Source: Lama guanicoe
Taxonomy: Eukaryota
Reading direction: 5' to 3'
Assembly: GCA_013239625.1 (NCBI GenBank)
Contig: MU053881.1
Location: 11,669,957 to 11,733,956, forward strand
DNA length: 64,000 bases
The translations under genes and the position numbers were made by a program. Of this stretch, positions 1 to 14,200 are shown one piece after another (the stretch's first letter is position 1; every line of letters starts with the position of its first letter). A model generated the notes under the pieces. That model did not search any database and was not told where the DNA came from. It was given only the letters and a program-made list of their open reading frames with translations.

Positions 1-480
1 AGAGCACAAATTAGCAAAATAAGAAAGGAAAATGGAGAAATTACAACAAACAAAATAGAAATACAGAATATCATACGAGAATATTATGAAAAACTATATG
101 GAACCAAACTGGATAACCTAGAGGAGATGGACAAGTTTCTGGAAACATACTGTCCACCAAACTGAATCAAGAAGAAACTGAACACTTGAACAATCCGATC
201 ACTAGAAAGGAAATAGAAATAGTAATTAAAAACCTCCCTACAAATCAAAGTCCAGGACCGGATGGCTTCACTGGGGAATTTTACCAAACATACAAAGAAG
301 AACTCATACCAGTCCTTCTCAAACTCTTCCAGACGATTGAAAAGGAGGGAATATTCCCAAACTCATTCTATGAAGCCACCATCACCCTGATACCAAAACC
401 AGGCAAAGACACTACAAAAAAAAAGAGAATTATAGGCCAATATCACTTATCAATATTGACGCCAAAATCCTCACCAAAAT
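1..480 (+). mobile_element. Young LINE-1 ORF2 fragment (region just upstream of RT), 3'-truncated
   Basis: Translation [49 protein letters not shown]...LIPKPGKD is canonical L1 ORF2p, with frameshifts. Confidence 0.95.
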
Positions 481-756
481 TTTATTCTTATCTATGAACA
501 AAAGCCTTTTTTAAAAGATAGTTGCAATTAGAAATTAGGTAAAATTTCATAATTTTTTCAGCTAAATGTTAATATACATACATTTTATACTAGGATTTTA
601 CTCTAGGATTCCCCTTTCTGCAGTTAATACCCTGTTGAATTTTAATTCACATCTTGAAGGACCAAGTTCTCTTGTCTGTCATATCCAATGTGAAACTTTC
701 CTTGACTTGCTTGGTAATTATAGCTGGAAATTTCAACACTCCTTTCTTAGTAACTG

Positions 757-2620
757 ATAGAAAAGTAGACAGATATCAGTAAACATGTGAAAGATTTAAA
801 CAACACTATCAACCATCTTGTCTCAAGGACATTTTTAAAACACTTCATTCAACAATAGTAGGATACACATTCTTTTCAAGTATACACAGACTATTCACCA
901 GGATAGACCACATTCTGGGCCATAAGACAAGTCTTAATACATTTAAGAAGACTGAAATCATAGAAAATATGTTCTCTGACTATAATGGTTTTAAATTAGA
1001 AATCAATAATAAAAAGATTTTGAAAATCTCTAAAATATTTGGAAATTAAACAACACTTCAACACTTTCTAGATAACTCATGGGTCAAAGGAGAAATCAAA
1101 AGGAAAATTAGACAATACTTTGAAGTAAATAAAACATAAAATCTCAGAACTCATAGCATGCAGTAGAAGCAGTGTACAGAGGGAAATGTAATGCATTAAA
1201 CACTTATGTTAGACCAGATGAAAGAGCTCAGTTAATGACTTAAGATTCCAACTTCAAAACTTAAGACAAAAGGACTAATTAAACTCAGGCAAAAGATAGA
1301 ATTAAACTCTTAAGAAGAAGGAAGGAAATAAATATAAAAGCAGAAATCAGTGAAATAGAAAACATTAAGCACAAATGAAATAATTAATGAAACCAAAAGC
1401 TAGTTCATTAAAATAAATGGGCAAATGAATGTTCCGACTGATAAGAAAAGAGTGAGAAAGCACAAATGACCAGTATTAGGAATAAAAGAGGAACAGAGGG
1501 GCAAATGACACCTATATTAAAGGATAACTAGGGAGTATATGAACAGCTTTAAGCCAATTGATATGACTTCTAGATAAAATCGACAAGTTCTTTGCAAGCA
1601 CAAACTACAAAAGGTCACTGAAGAAACTGAATTTGTAGTTAAAATTCTTCCCACAAGCCTAGAAATAATACTAATTACTCAAAAATTCTTCCAGAATCTG
1701 GAAGAGGAAGTCACTTCTTTCTACTCTACCTATGCTTAATACAGAAATAAAAACAGAACCTAGGAAGTTCTATGAATAGTTGTTTTGCTCTAATTTAAAA
1801 CTTGGGGGCCATTATTACTCTGACAATAAAACCAAAGGCATTACAAGAAAAGAAAATTACAAATATACTTCATACACAGAGACGTAAAAATCCATGACAA
1901 TATCTTAACAAACTGTATCTAGCAATATCTGAAAAGAATAAGAAATCATACATAAATGGGATTTATTCTGGGAATAAAAGTATTTCACCATATCAAAAGT
2001 ACAAAGAAGAAAGTTCTTATGATCATATCAGTAGATACAGAAAAAAAATTTGTCAAAATTCAGTATCCATTCATGGTAACAACCCTCAGTACACCAGAAA
2101 TAAAAGGGAAGTTCCTCACCCTAATAAAGGACATCTAAAAGCTAGTCCAGTACTAAGAGCAGGAACAAGGCAATAATGTTCACCATCACCGCTTCTATTC
2201 AACTCAGAAATGAAAATATATGTCCAAACAATGGAATAACACTCGGGCAAAAAAAAAGAAAGAAAGAAAAGAAACAAATTACCGACATACAGAACGACAA
2301 AGATAAACATCAAAAGGGCTATGTTAATCAAAGGAAGCCAGGAACAAAAGACTACTATGTGTGGTTTTATTTATATATGACATTCTAAGAAACACAAAAC
2401 TCTGGAGGGCTAGAATGTAGGTAACTGGTTGCCAGGGATAGGGAACAAGAGGAGTAACTGATACAAAAGAGCACATGGAAACTTGTGGGGGCAACAAAAA
2501 TATTCTATATCATGATTGTGGTAGGAGTTACACAATTATAAATATTTATTAAAACACATCAAATCGTACAATTCAAATAGGTGAGTTTTTGGAAGTAAAT
2601 TAGATGTTAAAAAATACACC
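757..2620 (+). mobile_element. Old L1M (ORF2 endonuclease/RT remnants and 3' UTR)
   Basis: acattcttttcaag...atagaccacattctgggccataa...aaattagaaatcaataa motifs, plus an L1MC/ME-type 3' end at about 2320-2610. Confidence 0.85.
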
Positions 2621-5359
2621 TTCAAAGGTTAGAAATTTTCTGAAGAAAATTAATTGGATTTTTTATTAGATGATTAATTTGCTACAGAGTAATATTAGGA
2701 GAGTATTAGGCGGGAGGTATTTAGCCATTGATTTTGCCTTCCTCATTTTAGACAACTGAGGTCTAAAAATATTTATATCCATGGTGTAGACTAAAAGAAG
2801 TGTACTGGCCCTTTTACTAGTAAAAAGCATTTTTACTTTTAAAATAAATATTCATTTAATAAAGATTATTCACTAAAATGCTACACTTCCTCAACATACC
2901 AACAACTCAACTAATAGAATTCCTAAACTGTTATATCATTCTGTTGTCTTCTATCATATAAGCTTTAGCTGTGCAGATAAGAATATAAGTTAATTTTCTT
3001 ATGTAGGGAATGTATGTTAGCGCAAAATGGTAACCTTCAAAAGGGACTGTGTTTCACACTGTTTCTGATTAGGTACTAGGTATTTATTTCCCAGTCTGCA
3101 GTGAAATATTTTATTGGTTGTTACAGCCAGCGCAATAGATCTTAACCTATCTTTCATCTGACCTTAAATATAAATGAAAAACAATAAATTTATTTCAAGG
3201 TTGCACTAGAATAAGCAAGGCCAACTGAAATAGAAGCTTTAAGCCTCATCCAATTTATATTCTGAACCAAGCTAAAGAAAGAAAAGAATTAGAATTACCC
3301 TTTATGCTGTTGAATTACATTTAATACTGGAGGCCATGATCATATTTCTAAATTTATTTTGGGGGGGAACAAAAGAAAAATATATCATTCAGCATAAATA
3401 AAGGGTAATTTGTCATCGATGAATGCTTTACAGTTGCAAATCATAAGTATGCGGGACTACTGTTTTATAGACTCTAATTAGCATTTCACATAAAGGTGAA
3501 TCATCCCTTTATTGAAAAGCTTTCAGACATCTTTTTTTCTAATGGGGGTAATATGGAAAAGATAGGCATGTAAATTTTCCAAATACTCTTTCAAAGACCA
3601 TGATATTAGGGCAAAACTGTAAGAATTATATAATTACAAATAGGAAATAAGCAAACTTGTATAAGACATAACTTTCAACAAAGGTTAAGTGAAAGGCAAA
3701 GATACATAGCTACAGAATTAACTTAAAGAGCAATTCCTTGTAAACAAGCCAAAGTCTCGACTCACGGGAATTTAGAAAGATTGCTATATAATATACCACC
3801 ACGTCTGCTTCCTAGACATGCTTAGATAGGTAACTTGTCTTGTTGCCTTTGCTCCCAGTGAAATTTGAATCTGAAAAATCCACAACTCAAGTGTTCCATT
3901 TCATTACTGTGTATTGATTGTTCATGTGTATCCTTCTAAGAAAGCAGAGGAACATGGCTGTTATAAATCCTCTTAATTTCGATGGATACTCCAGTTTAAA
4001 AAGCGAGAGTGGTAAAACTATTAAAATGACTATTAAAAATCATCTTGAATTTTAATTCCTATAATCACAAAGGTAAACTTAAGGTAGCCAAGCAAGAAAA
4101 GAGAATCATTTCTCTGCCTGTTATCTCTGGTTTGTGCCCTAAAACACAGAAAGTCACTGAAAGTGAACAGCAAGGGTGAAATACGTCTAGAACTTATGTG
4201 AGAGTAAAACCATATTGAAACGAGTCCACTTACATAAAAACAGAAAGCAAGAAACGGGAGTAGTTGCCAAGATTTTCAGAACACTGCTATTTACTTCCAT
4301 GTTTTCCTTATCTAATTACTTTAGTCTTTTTCTCCTTAGGAAACACGAGCATTTCAAGTCTTCCTTCTGATGCCAGGCAAAACACTTTCAGTCACAAATT
4401 ATGACACTTCATGCATCTTCTAAGCCTGCTTTCCTTGGAAACAGAAAGCCAAAATACTGATTACTAAACCAATTTCCAGGGACTTTGCTTTCCCCCTTCT
4501 CTAATTGGAAGCTCTGTTCATCCTGTTCAATAATTCAACTTGCATAATTTTGCTTTGGAAAATTAGGCTCATCTAGCTCTCCATGGCTTTCCAAACTTAA
4601 ATAAATAATTTTATTAAGTATGTGTAGCAATATAGAGTGTTACTGCATTAAAAATTTGTTTTGTTTTGATGTTTTATGTTCCTTTATCTTAATCAGTTTT
4701 ATACATTTCCCCAAAAAGTGTAAAATAAAAGATATGTTATGCTTTTAACTATACTTGATAAAAACCACAGTCTATTTATCTCATCTTTTTTATGCTTCTT
4801 ACCAGCATCCTAATTTAGTTGCATCAGTTCATACCTAGAATATTTGCGTTATTCTCTCCTTTCTACTCTTTTTGCATCTGTTCTCTTCCACACTTGTCCT
4901 TTCATACCACCAATAGATTAATTTTCAAAAATAGCGTTTGAAGCCTTCATGAATAATACATTACTTAGAAAAGAACACTGAGTTTCCCAGAGAACATCGT
5001 TTTCTAGTAGTTCAGGGTTAGGAAAATCTGGCTTCAGTTTTTTCTTTCTAAATTTCTCCCATTCTTCTCTGCCTCTAGGAAAAGTCAGTTAGGATCTCCA
5101 GAACGCATTTTGCTTATTTTCTGAGCTTTGCCTGAGAAACATGCAACTTGAAGTCTCAGCAGCAGATAACATTCTTGCATAACTTTTATACCAACGCTGA
5201 AGTCCAAATTTCTATAACAACACTATCACTTAGCATTTACTATTCACAGCACTATATCTGAGTTTAGACATCTGAATATCTAAATTTCCATGTGATATCA
5301 GATATAAATGACAAATTCATGCATATACACACATATACACATAAACATATAAGGAAAAC

Positions 5360-6350
5360 TTTGGGATTGTTCTCCTAGCAATCCTTTTCCAGCAACCATG
5401 GCCCCTTTCAGCATCTTCACCATAGGAATGGGAATTTTAAACAAGGTGACCCTTTCCACTGACCAGAGTTGACGGGTCTAAAGCTCATATCAACAGAAGA
5501 AGAGATGAACTCTTAGGCCCTTTCCTGGGAATTTTAAAAATACTAGGAGTATTGAGTCAATCTCTTTCCAACAGTTGAATCTTTAAACTGTAAACATAAG
5601 ACATCCTAGACATATTTCCTGACTATGATGCAGTTGTGGTTTACTCAATATACTTTATCCGTTTCAACCTCCTTCTGGAGTACCTTCTCATTCTCATGAA
5701 GCTGAAGGGTTAAAACTACCTCTTCCAGGCTTCTTTTCACCTCGGGTTCAAGGTGGGCTTTGGACTCTGCTAATCAAGTGTATTTGGATGAGACATGAGT
5801 TCAAAACTGAATTTCAGGGGGAAGAACATGTGCAATGAGGCATGGGATTTACTAACGCAGATTAGGGCAGAAGCAGAGGTTCTGCAGCCAGCAGCTATAG
5901 TGTCGACTTCCAGCTCTGCTGGAAACCTCCCAGTCAGGACAGAGGCAGCAGTTCTGCAATGTGCTTTTGAAAGTTGTTCCTAGAAATTCAGCCTAGGTTC
6001 TCTTTTTACTGCCTCTACATTAATCTATAAGCTATTTAATAAATGTAATAAACAACTTCCTGTTGAAACTAGCTAGAGTGGTTTCTTTTCCAATATCACC
6101 CTTTGGACAAAGCTGGTCTGTAGTAAAAGAGAGGAGCAGAGATAAGAGGCTGGGAAGACACCAGAATGGCATCTGGTTTCTTGATTTCAGGTGTACCTGG
6201 CACCAAGCAATATGCCAGCATTTCCTCTTGGGTTCATTGTTCAATATTTTCCTGGACTGTATCAGCCAATAAATTGCACTTGCTGCTTTTAAATTAGCTT
6301 GAATTTGGCTCTGATCATTTCAACCATAAGAATCATAACGATTACAATGT
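5360..6350. mobile_element. Cluster of old MaLR/ERVL LTR remnants (MLT1 / LTR16-33-like)
   Basis: Typical LTR 3' motifs (ctagctagagtggtttc; gccaataaattgc). Subfamily not determined. Confidence 0.55.
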
Positions 6351-6850
6351 TCACCAACCCAATCTAACTTCCTGTCAGAAAGAGATATATGTGTATCTTA
6401 ACGTCTAGTGTGCATGTTAAATATATCTCATGACTAAAACATATTGACTTAAGTTTTATTGTTGATAATTCTATAAATGCCTAAACCCAAATATTTTATT
6501 TGAGTCTTTGCTCAATTATATATATATACATACACACATATATACACATATGTATGTAGGATATTATTGATTAGCTGTGACTAGCCTCAATGAACATTTT
6601 ATTTGAGAAGTGCTTCTAAAAGTTTTGAACTTTTGAAGAAAACCCCAGCCATTTTACAAACTTTGATTCCATTTAGCCATACCCAAGGATAATTCTAATA
6701 ATTACATTGATTATCCCACCAGTGGAAATGTCAGCAATGAAAGTTTAAGCATATTTCGCATAAGCCAGCAAAGACCATTTCTTTGATGAAGAAAATTAGC
6801 CACCAAAATTGATAATAGCAGTCAAAGAGATCCACAACAAACTATAATAC

Positions 6851-6989
6851 CTTAGAGGCCTATTAAATATCTGAAGATAATTCAACTACTGATTCACCAA
6901 CTAAGTCTCTTATTAAGTCCCTCCTCCCATTTCCTTGCAGAATGTGCAACAATTTCTCCAAGAGCAAGCACCTGATAGAGAGAAGGTAC
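6851..6989 (-). pseudogene. Pseudo-exon, probable dsRBD C-terminal part
   Basis: Acceptor ttttctccctcag. Reads VPSLYQVLALGEIVAHSARKWEEGLNKRL, with an alternative frame QGNGRRDLIRDLVGESVVELSSDI. Possible donor gtatta. Confidence 0.5.
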
Positions 6990-8644
6990 CTGAGGGAGAA
7001 AACTATATAACACACCCAGGGATTAGCTAAGGTCTTGACCTCATTTAAAAGAGCTTTGACTTGCATGAGAGAAAAAAAAAAAAAAGATTAATCAAAAAAT
7101 AATTAAATAAATAATCTGATAATGATCAAATGTCTTGACTCCCAAACAAGCAATGAATCATTTCTATTGGAAAGACAAAGAGGAAGTTAGCAGCACTACT
7201 TAATCAAACTCCATTTTCTGTGCTTAGTTTTACTTTGGTCATAGGATTTAACCTTTAAATGAACATAGTAAATGGAAAGCATTTTTCCAGTTTAGATTTA
7301 AACATGGCAAATCAAAGTGAACAAGAGATTGTTTATCTTCTTCAGCATGTGATGGTATCATTTATAATTTTATACAATAATAGCTATCCCTCAACTGATA
7401 CATTTTTGCTTGGAATAAATCAAATCTGTCATGCCCATTTCACATTTTGCTTTTCTTGTGCTATTACTAATGTGCCAGGTTTGAAATCGCAGTGGTGCTG
7501 TATCTGAGCCATGAATTTCTCCAAAAGACAGAGATATTACTCATTTCTTTACATTCTGTTTCCTCCTTTTATTTTATTTCTCTTCTCTTTTTTACATTAT
7601 GGAGACTTCATGATATGAGTTACACCACCAAAAAAGTTTAGTGGTTTTGAATTAGGATCTATCTTATAAGTGAACAGAGGAGAGAGGTTGTCTATCTGGG
7701 GCAATTTGACAAATGTTATACAAATGTCCTTCCTCATAAGCTTTCATAATATAACTCTCTCCCAGGCCTCATAAATTCCTACCAGTCATGATTTAATCTA
7801 TGGTATTGTCTTCAAGTCTCCAGGAGTCCTCTTTCAAAAAACAAATGCTCCCAGGGGACAATTTTTAAAATAAGAAAAAACAAACAAACAAAATCCTAAG
7901 CCATTAACACAATTATATGCACTAATTAATTGGAGATGCTATCACATGTGTTTTCTTTCCTTCTTAGAGAAGGAAACAGGGAAAGCTAGATTTTAATACA
8001 AAAAGAGCTACTTAAAGCTGAAGCATGGAGCACTACTGTATCATGCTTACTAAAGACCAGTTTCAGTATGATGACCTTGGTGGCAAGGAGGAAGGAGAGA
8101 TAAGAAGGAACTAGCAAAGAAAAAAAAAAGAGAGAGAGAGAGAAATAGAGGTCTCTCATTCAAACAATCTTCTGTCCGCCTTACAGATTTATTCCACTTA
8201 AGTAGCCTCCGGACAATTTTTAGTATTAATTACTCATTTACTGACTCCTAGTCTGACCTTTCTTTGAGAATTTTTTTTAATTTAAATGTACTAATTTATC
8301 AGGGCACATTTTAAGTTAAAATTTCAGTATTTTAAATAAAATAGTTTAACTAGTGTTAATACATAGTCATAAAATTATTGATAGAAATAAACATATATAC
8401 ACACACACACACATATGTGGCAAGGCAAGGATGTTAGGTCAAAACCATTACCCTGACCCAAAAGTTGTAAACAGAGCATTGGTATCACAAAGTGAAAATG
8501 AGCCACGGAATTCTATTACTTGGATTCATAATGGATTCTCTAAACATTTCTTCTTTCTAGACAAACAAATGAAGATAACACCATAGACTAAAAAGTATTC
8601 CAAAACTTTGGAAAGTTTTATATTTAATAATAGAAAAAAATTAA

Positions 8645-8872
8645 TTAACTTGAGACTAGGAGTATACCTAGAAATACAATGTGCACATTTATTTTTTCCA
8701 CATCTTAGTTACAATGATATTTTTATTACACATTTACAAGTATTATTAGTAATTATTTGAAATCTCCATATAGATTTAGTCAAAACCACAAAATAATTTT
8801 TGTGAGTCATATAATACAAAAGACTTGGTCGAGGTTTATTTATTGAAATATAAGCATACTGTCCCTTTCCTA
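8645..8872 (+). repeat. About 225 bp direct duplication, copy 1 (copy 2 at about 9620-9845)
   Basis: Shared text includes ttagtaattatttgaaatctccatatagatttagtcaaaaccacaaaataa and attgaaatataagcatactgtccctttcct. Confidence 0.9.
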
Positions 8873-9221
8873 TGGGAGGATGAGTCTGAGAATGAAACCA
8901 ATGGAAAGTAGAAATGAGTATTGACCAACATCTGAACATTTGGATCAAGCCATGCCTGAAAGTGGTTAAGCTTTTCACTTAGATGAACCAATACTTTTTT
9001 GTTCTTTCTCTCAAACTAGTTTGGGTTGGATTTTCTGTTTCTTGCAAACTAAAGCTTCTTAACTGATAATAGCAAAGAGATTTTTAAAGACTCAAATGAG
9101 AGAATACGTAACACTTAGTTAACTAGTAAAAATGGAATGAAATATAATAATAGTGTGACACTTTAGCTGTACATTTTGGTGCATCACTATTTTGAAGTAT
9201 AGTCCTTTACAACCAGAATAT

Positions 9222-9355
9222 ATATATTGGGGGGGGTCATTAGGTTTGTTTGTTTGTTTGTTTGTTTGTTTATTTAAATGGACATACTGGGGGTTGAAGC
9301 AAGAACCTGGTGCTGCTAAGCACGCACTCTACCACTGAGCTATACCCTCCCCACC
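9222..9355 (-). mobile_element. tRNA-derived SINE (camelid Vic-1-like)
   Basis: Reverse strand reads ggggagggtatagctcagtggtagagtgcgtgcttagc...(AAAC)n. 13-bp TSD acaaccagaatat at 9209-9221 and 9356-9368. Confidence 0.9.
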
Positions 9356-9599
9356 ACAACCAGAATATTTTTAATTAAATGAGAGGAAGAGATGTTACTA
9401 CTGTTACTGCTTCTGACAAAGCAACTGTTTACTGTTTCTCCTCTTCACGGCCCCACTAGTGTAATCAGTTCCAACTCAGCTGTAAAACCAGTCTCTTGAA
9501 TGTGGGAAGAGGTGAAGAGGCAGGACTGCATGGCTGCAAAGTTCTTGTAGCTGAGAACACTGCAGCGCTGCCTCCTGGTACCTTGGTCTACTTGTAGAT

Positions 9600-10151
9600 T
9601 TCAGACCCCTTTTTTCTATTAATTTGAGACTAGAAGTATGCCTAGAAATATGATGTACACATTTTTTTCTACATCTTTGTTAGAGTAATATTTTTATTAC
9701 ATATTTATAAGTATTGTTAGTAATTATTTGAAATCTCCATATAGATTTAGTCAAAACCACAAAATAACTTTTGTGAGTCATAAAATACCAAAGAAGAATT
9801 GGTTGAGGCGTATTATTGAAATATAAGCATACTGTCCCTTTCCTGTAGAGATTGGAAATAGAGCTTATTTAAAATAAAAATGTAAGAAACATTGAACAAT
9901 CAGTGCAGCTTTTATTCAAGTGTGGACCTTATTCCCCAAAGCTATATATATGGTCTGTATATCTCCCTTTGAGAAGCAAGCTCTTGTAGTATGGTGCCTG
10001 AGTTACGCATTTATTCACTGTGGCAAGGGCATTTTCTGTATTGCTTGATTCTAATTTTGTAGCATATGAACAACATATTCTGCTCTGAAGCTGGGATTGC
10101 ACCTCTTCTAAACCACAGGGACTTCAAGGGAGAGTCCTGGCACTCCAAAGT
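9600..10151 (-). pseudogene. Pseudo-exon with the clearest dsRBD start
   Basis: tctag acceptor. Reads ...PASEQNMLF...*MRNSGTILQELASQREIYRP~IYSFGE*GPHLNK. The 3' end is approximate. Confidence 0.6.
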
Positions 10152-10409
10152 CTAGATGGTGATTCCAAATAAACAAGAAATGTGGCCAAAATACTTTTTC
10201 CTGAAAAGGAGTATAGTCATACATTCGATCCATTTCTTGAATAGTAAATCTAAAGCATCTCCAAAACTTGGAAATACTCTTGCTCCTTATAATGAAAACG
10301 GAAAATATTTAGTGAATGTTTAATTGGTATCAGAAACAGGGCTATATGCTCTATTTGAACAACATCATTCAATTTTTATAAAAGTTAACATAAAATGGTC
10401 ATTGCTACT

Positions 10410-10540
10410 ATCACCATTTAATGGCAAGGAAACTAAGGGCTTAGAAAGCCAAGCAAATTGCCTAAGGTCAAACAGATAGGAGAGGCAAGTCGTGGGGAAG
10501 TGGAGACAAGATTTGAACTCCAGTTGTCAAATAGAGGAAC
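10410..10540. mobile_element. MIR
   Basis: Core ggaaactaagggcttaga...gcctaaggtca...agatttgaactccag. Confidence 0.7.
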
Positions 10541-11019
10541 ACGTAGTTAAAACACAATTCTAATAGCACAGAGTCTTTAAGAGCCTGGCTACACAAAAAC
10601 TCCCTTTGAGAAGCAAGCTCCCCTCCTAATCGAAGATATGGTTACCAAATTAAAGAAAAAAAAAGGATATAACTCAAAAGGAGGTTTGGAGAGCTATGGA
10701 AATGAGGGGAAAAGATGACTGTAGAGCAAACACAGGCTCCAAGGAAACTACTGAGAATGATTTAGTTTTCTTCTTTAATAAGAAAATGGGTTGTTTTAAT
10801 GACTTTGAATGTTCTTAACTCTAAGTGGTTATTTCCTTTTCTAAATGATAAAGGAGCTGTTTGCATTTCCACATGATTCTCAGAGGAGCCATTATACAGA
10901 TTTTCATTTTTCTGAGCCTGTTGTGAGGCGAGTTCCTAGGGTGGACAAATTCTCCATCAAGCCTTTTCTGAAGCTGGCTGGCCCTTTCCTTCTGGAGAAA
11001 CTCTCTATGTCACTGTGAC

Positions 11020-13090
11020 TTTTTTTTTTTTAATTGAAATACAGTTGATTTACAATGCTTCAAGTGTACAGCAAAGTGATTCAGTTATATGTGTGTGTGT
11101 GTGTGTTGTGTGTGTGTGTGTATATATATATTCTTTTTCAGATTCTTTCCTATTATAGGTATTACAAGATACTGAATATAGTTCCCTGTGCTACAGAGTA
11201 GGTCTTTGTTGTTTATCTATTTTATATATAGCGGTGTGTATCTGTTAATCCCAAATTCCCAATTTATCCTTCCCCCACACTTTTTATTTTGGTAACCATA
11301 AATTTGTTTTCTATGTCTGTGAGTCTATTTCTGTTTTGTGAATAAGTTCATTTGTGTTTTTTTTTTTAAGATTCCATGTATAAGTGATATCATCTAATAC
11401 TAGTCTTTGTCTTATTTACTTCACTTTGTATGATAACCTCTAGGTCCATCCATGTTGCTACAAATGGCAATATTTAATTCTTTTCTATGGCTGAGTAGTA
11501 TTCCATTGTGTGTGTGTGTATCACAATTTCTTTATCTATTCATTCATCAATGGAGATTTAGGTTGTTTCCATATTTTGGCTATTATGAATAATGTTGCAA
11601 TGAACATATAGGGTGCCTATGTCTATTTGAATTAGTGTTTTTGTTTTCTTTGGATAAATATCCAAAAGTGGAACTGCCAGGTCATATGGTACTTCTATTT
11701 TTAGTTTTTTGAGGAACTTCCTCCCATACTGTCTTCCATAGTGGTTGTACCAATTTACATTCTCACCAGTAGTGCACGAGGACTCCCTTTTCCCACATCC
11801 TCACCAACATTTATTACTTCTTATCTTTTTGGTTATAGCCATGTTTACAGATGTGAGGTGATATCTCCATGTGGTTTTTACCTGCATTTCCTAGATGATT
11901 AATGATGTTGAGCATCTTTTCATGTGTCTGCTAGCCATCTTTCTGTCTTCTTTGGAAGAACTTCTATTCAGATCTCTATCCATTTTTTAATCAGACTCTT
12001 TTATTGCTGTTGTTGTTGAGTTGTATGAGATTTTTATATATTTTAGATATTAACCCCTTATCAGATATATGATTTACAAGTATTTTCTTCCATTCAATAG
12101 GTTACAGCCCCACTTGTTTATTCTTGCTTCTGTTGCCATTGTTTTTAGAACCAGATTCAAGAAAATATCACTAAGACCAATGTCAAGGAGCATACCAAAT
12201 ACATTTTCTTCTAGGATTTTTATGGTTTCTGGTCTCACTTTCAAGTCTTTAATTTATTGGAGTTAATTTTTTGTGAATGGTATAAGACAGCTGTCGAGAT
12301 TCCTTCTTTTGCATGTGGTTGTTCAGTTTTCCCAACATCATTTATTGAAGAATCTGTCCTTTCTCCACTGTATATTCTTGACTCCCTTGTTGTAAACTAA
12401 TTGACTACACATATGTGGATTTATTTCTGGGCTTCTATTTTGTTCCATTGATCTATGTGTCTGCTTTTATGCCAATACCACACTGTTTTGATTAGTAAAA
12501 CTTTGAGTATAGTTTTAAATGAGAGAGGGTGATGCCTCGAACTTTGTTCTTTTTTCTCAAGATTACTTTGGTATCCCAGATTTTTCTGGGTTCACACAAA
12601 TTTTAGGATTGTTTGTTCTATTTCTGTAAAAAAAATGCCATTGGAATTTGTGTGGGGATTGCATTGAATATGGAAATTGTTTTGGGGAACATGGACATTT
12701 TAACAATATTCATTCTTTCTCCATGAGCCTGAAATATCTTTCCATTTCTTTATGTCTTCTTCAATTTCTTTCATCAATGTCTTACAGTTTTCAGTGTATA
12801 AGTCTTTCACCTCCTTGGTTAAATTCATTGCTAGATATTTTATTCTTTTCTGATGCAATGGTAAACATGATTGTTTTCTTAATTTCTCTTTATGATAATT
12901 CACTGTTACTGTACATAAAAGTTTTATAATTTTACGTTTTAACTTTTATGTCTCTGATTCTTTTTGAGTTATGTTTTATGTAAGATCCATTTGTGTTTTT
13001 TCTTGCATGTTTTTCCAGTACCATTTGTTGAAAAGACTATCCATTCTCCACAGACCTGTCTTTGCTCCTTTGTTAAAGATCAGATAACTA
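11020..13090 (-). mobile_element. LINE-1 3' portion (poly-A as T run at 11020, 3' UTR, ORF2 C-terminus)
   Basis: Canonical L1 antisense text. ORF 12700..12903 reads [37 protein letters not shown]. (TG)n at 11089-11120. Confidence 0.95.
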
Positions 13091-13222
13091 TATACAACTG
13101 GTTTTTGACAAGAAATGGGTTAGGTTTTTTGTCATGCCACTGTGTAAATAATTGTCTGTCTGAATGTACTGTGTACTATACTACTATGATGAGATTATGC
13201 ATCTGAAGTTAATGCAAACTAC

Positions 13223-13525
13223 CTGAAATCATTTAAATTTTAAAATGAGTTACAATTGGACAATGACTTTAAATAACTATAACAGTCAATTCTTATTAAA
13301 ATAAGTAATATCTGTCATGTTCCATGTAAGGAGAGCATATTTCTTCACTTTTCCACATTTGTGTGCAAGATTTATAATTAACATAGCTTTACTGTGGATA
13401 TTAGCCATATAATGGTAGTTCTGACTATGCACAATTACTAATGAACACTTAGAAGTTTGGCTGAGGACATCAAAGGTATTGCCTTGGAGAATCAGGAAGT
13501 CACAAGGCTGTTTGGGCAGGAAATG
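13223..13525 (-). pseudogene. Pseudo-exon candidate
   Basis: Acceptor ctctcttctag is followed by 79 uninterrupted codons (HFLPKQPCDFLILQGNTFDV...). Donor CAG|gtagtt. Confidence 0.45.
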
Positions 13526-14029
13526 CTAGAAGAGAGCTATAGCAGGCAATCAATACAGGTTCCTAGGGCTTTGTACGTGTTCCTTTTCCTTCTCCCTTTC
13601 CCTTCCTAAGTCATTTGATTTCATTTGCATAACTAGCTCATGATGAAATGAATTCTGAGTTCTTAAGACTATTAGCACTGCAGCATTGAACAAGCTGTGT
13701 AAATCAGAATCCAGTCATTTAAATGCATATAGGTAGATAGATGTAGATGCTATAAATTGGAGCTTCAAAAACTCAGTACTGTATTAGAACCCATGAGTTA
13801 GCACCTGTAAGGACAGGTGACAGGTGAGAATAAAGAGAAATGAGCTGTACTGTGCTGCGGGAATTCATGTCTAATACCCTTGCCTTCCTTTTGAAAAGTA
13901 CTCTTGCTTCTCTGTGAACTTTTTCACTCTAATAGGACTGAACTCACAGCCCCCTAAAAATCCTTTGCTTCTGTTATTTTCTTAACTGTCTTACAGTGAT
14001 TCTTCTCACAATTACCAGTCCTCAAGAGT

Positions 14030-14200
14030 GACCACATCATTTGTGAGGCCTGGTGCAAAATGAAAAGGCAGGGACCCTTGTTCAAGTATTAATAAGAATT
14101 TCAAAATGCTAAGATCAGAGCATTAAACCCAGCATGAGGCCCTTCTAAGGGTGGGGGCCCTGTGCGACTATACAGGTTGCATGTCAAGGAGACCAGCAAT
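14030..14200. mobile_element. hAT-type MITE (MER45-like)
   Basis: tgcaaaatgaaaaggcagggacccttgttcaa...ggggccctgtgcgact...caggttgca. Confidence 0.65.

Noticed and set aside
186..497. 103-aa ORF as a functional CDS
   Set aside because: It is a frameshifted, truncated L1 ORF2 fragment.
6863..7066. LEKLLHILQGNGRRDLIRDL resembles the last helices of a death domain
   Set aside because: Only a short match and no other death-domain helices found. The overlapping frame (LGEIVA...EGLNKRL) fits the surrounding dsRBD array better. Not fully excluded.
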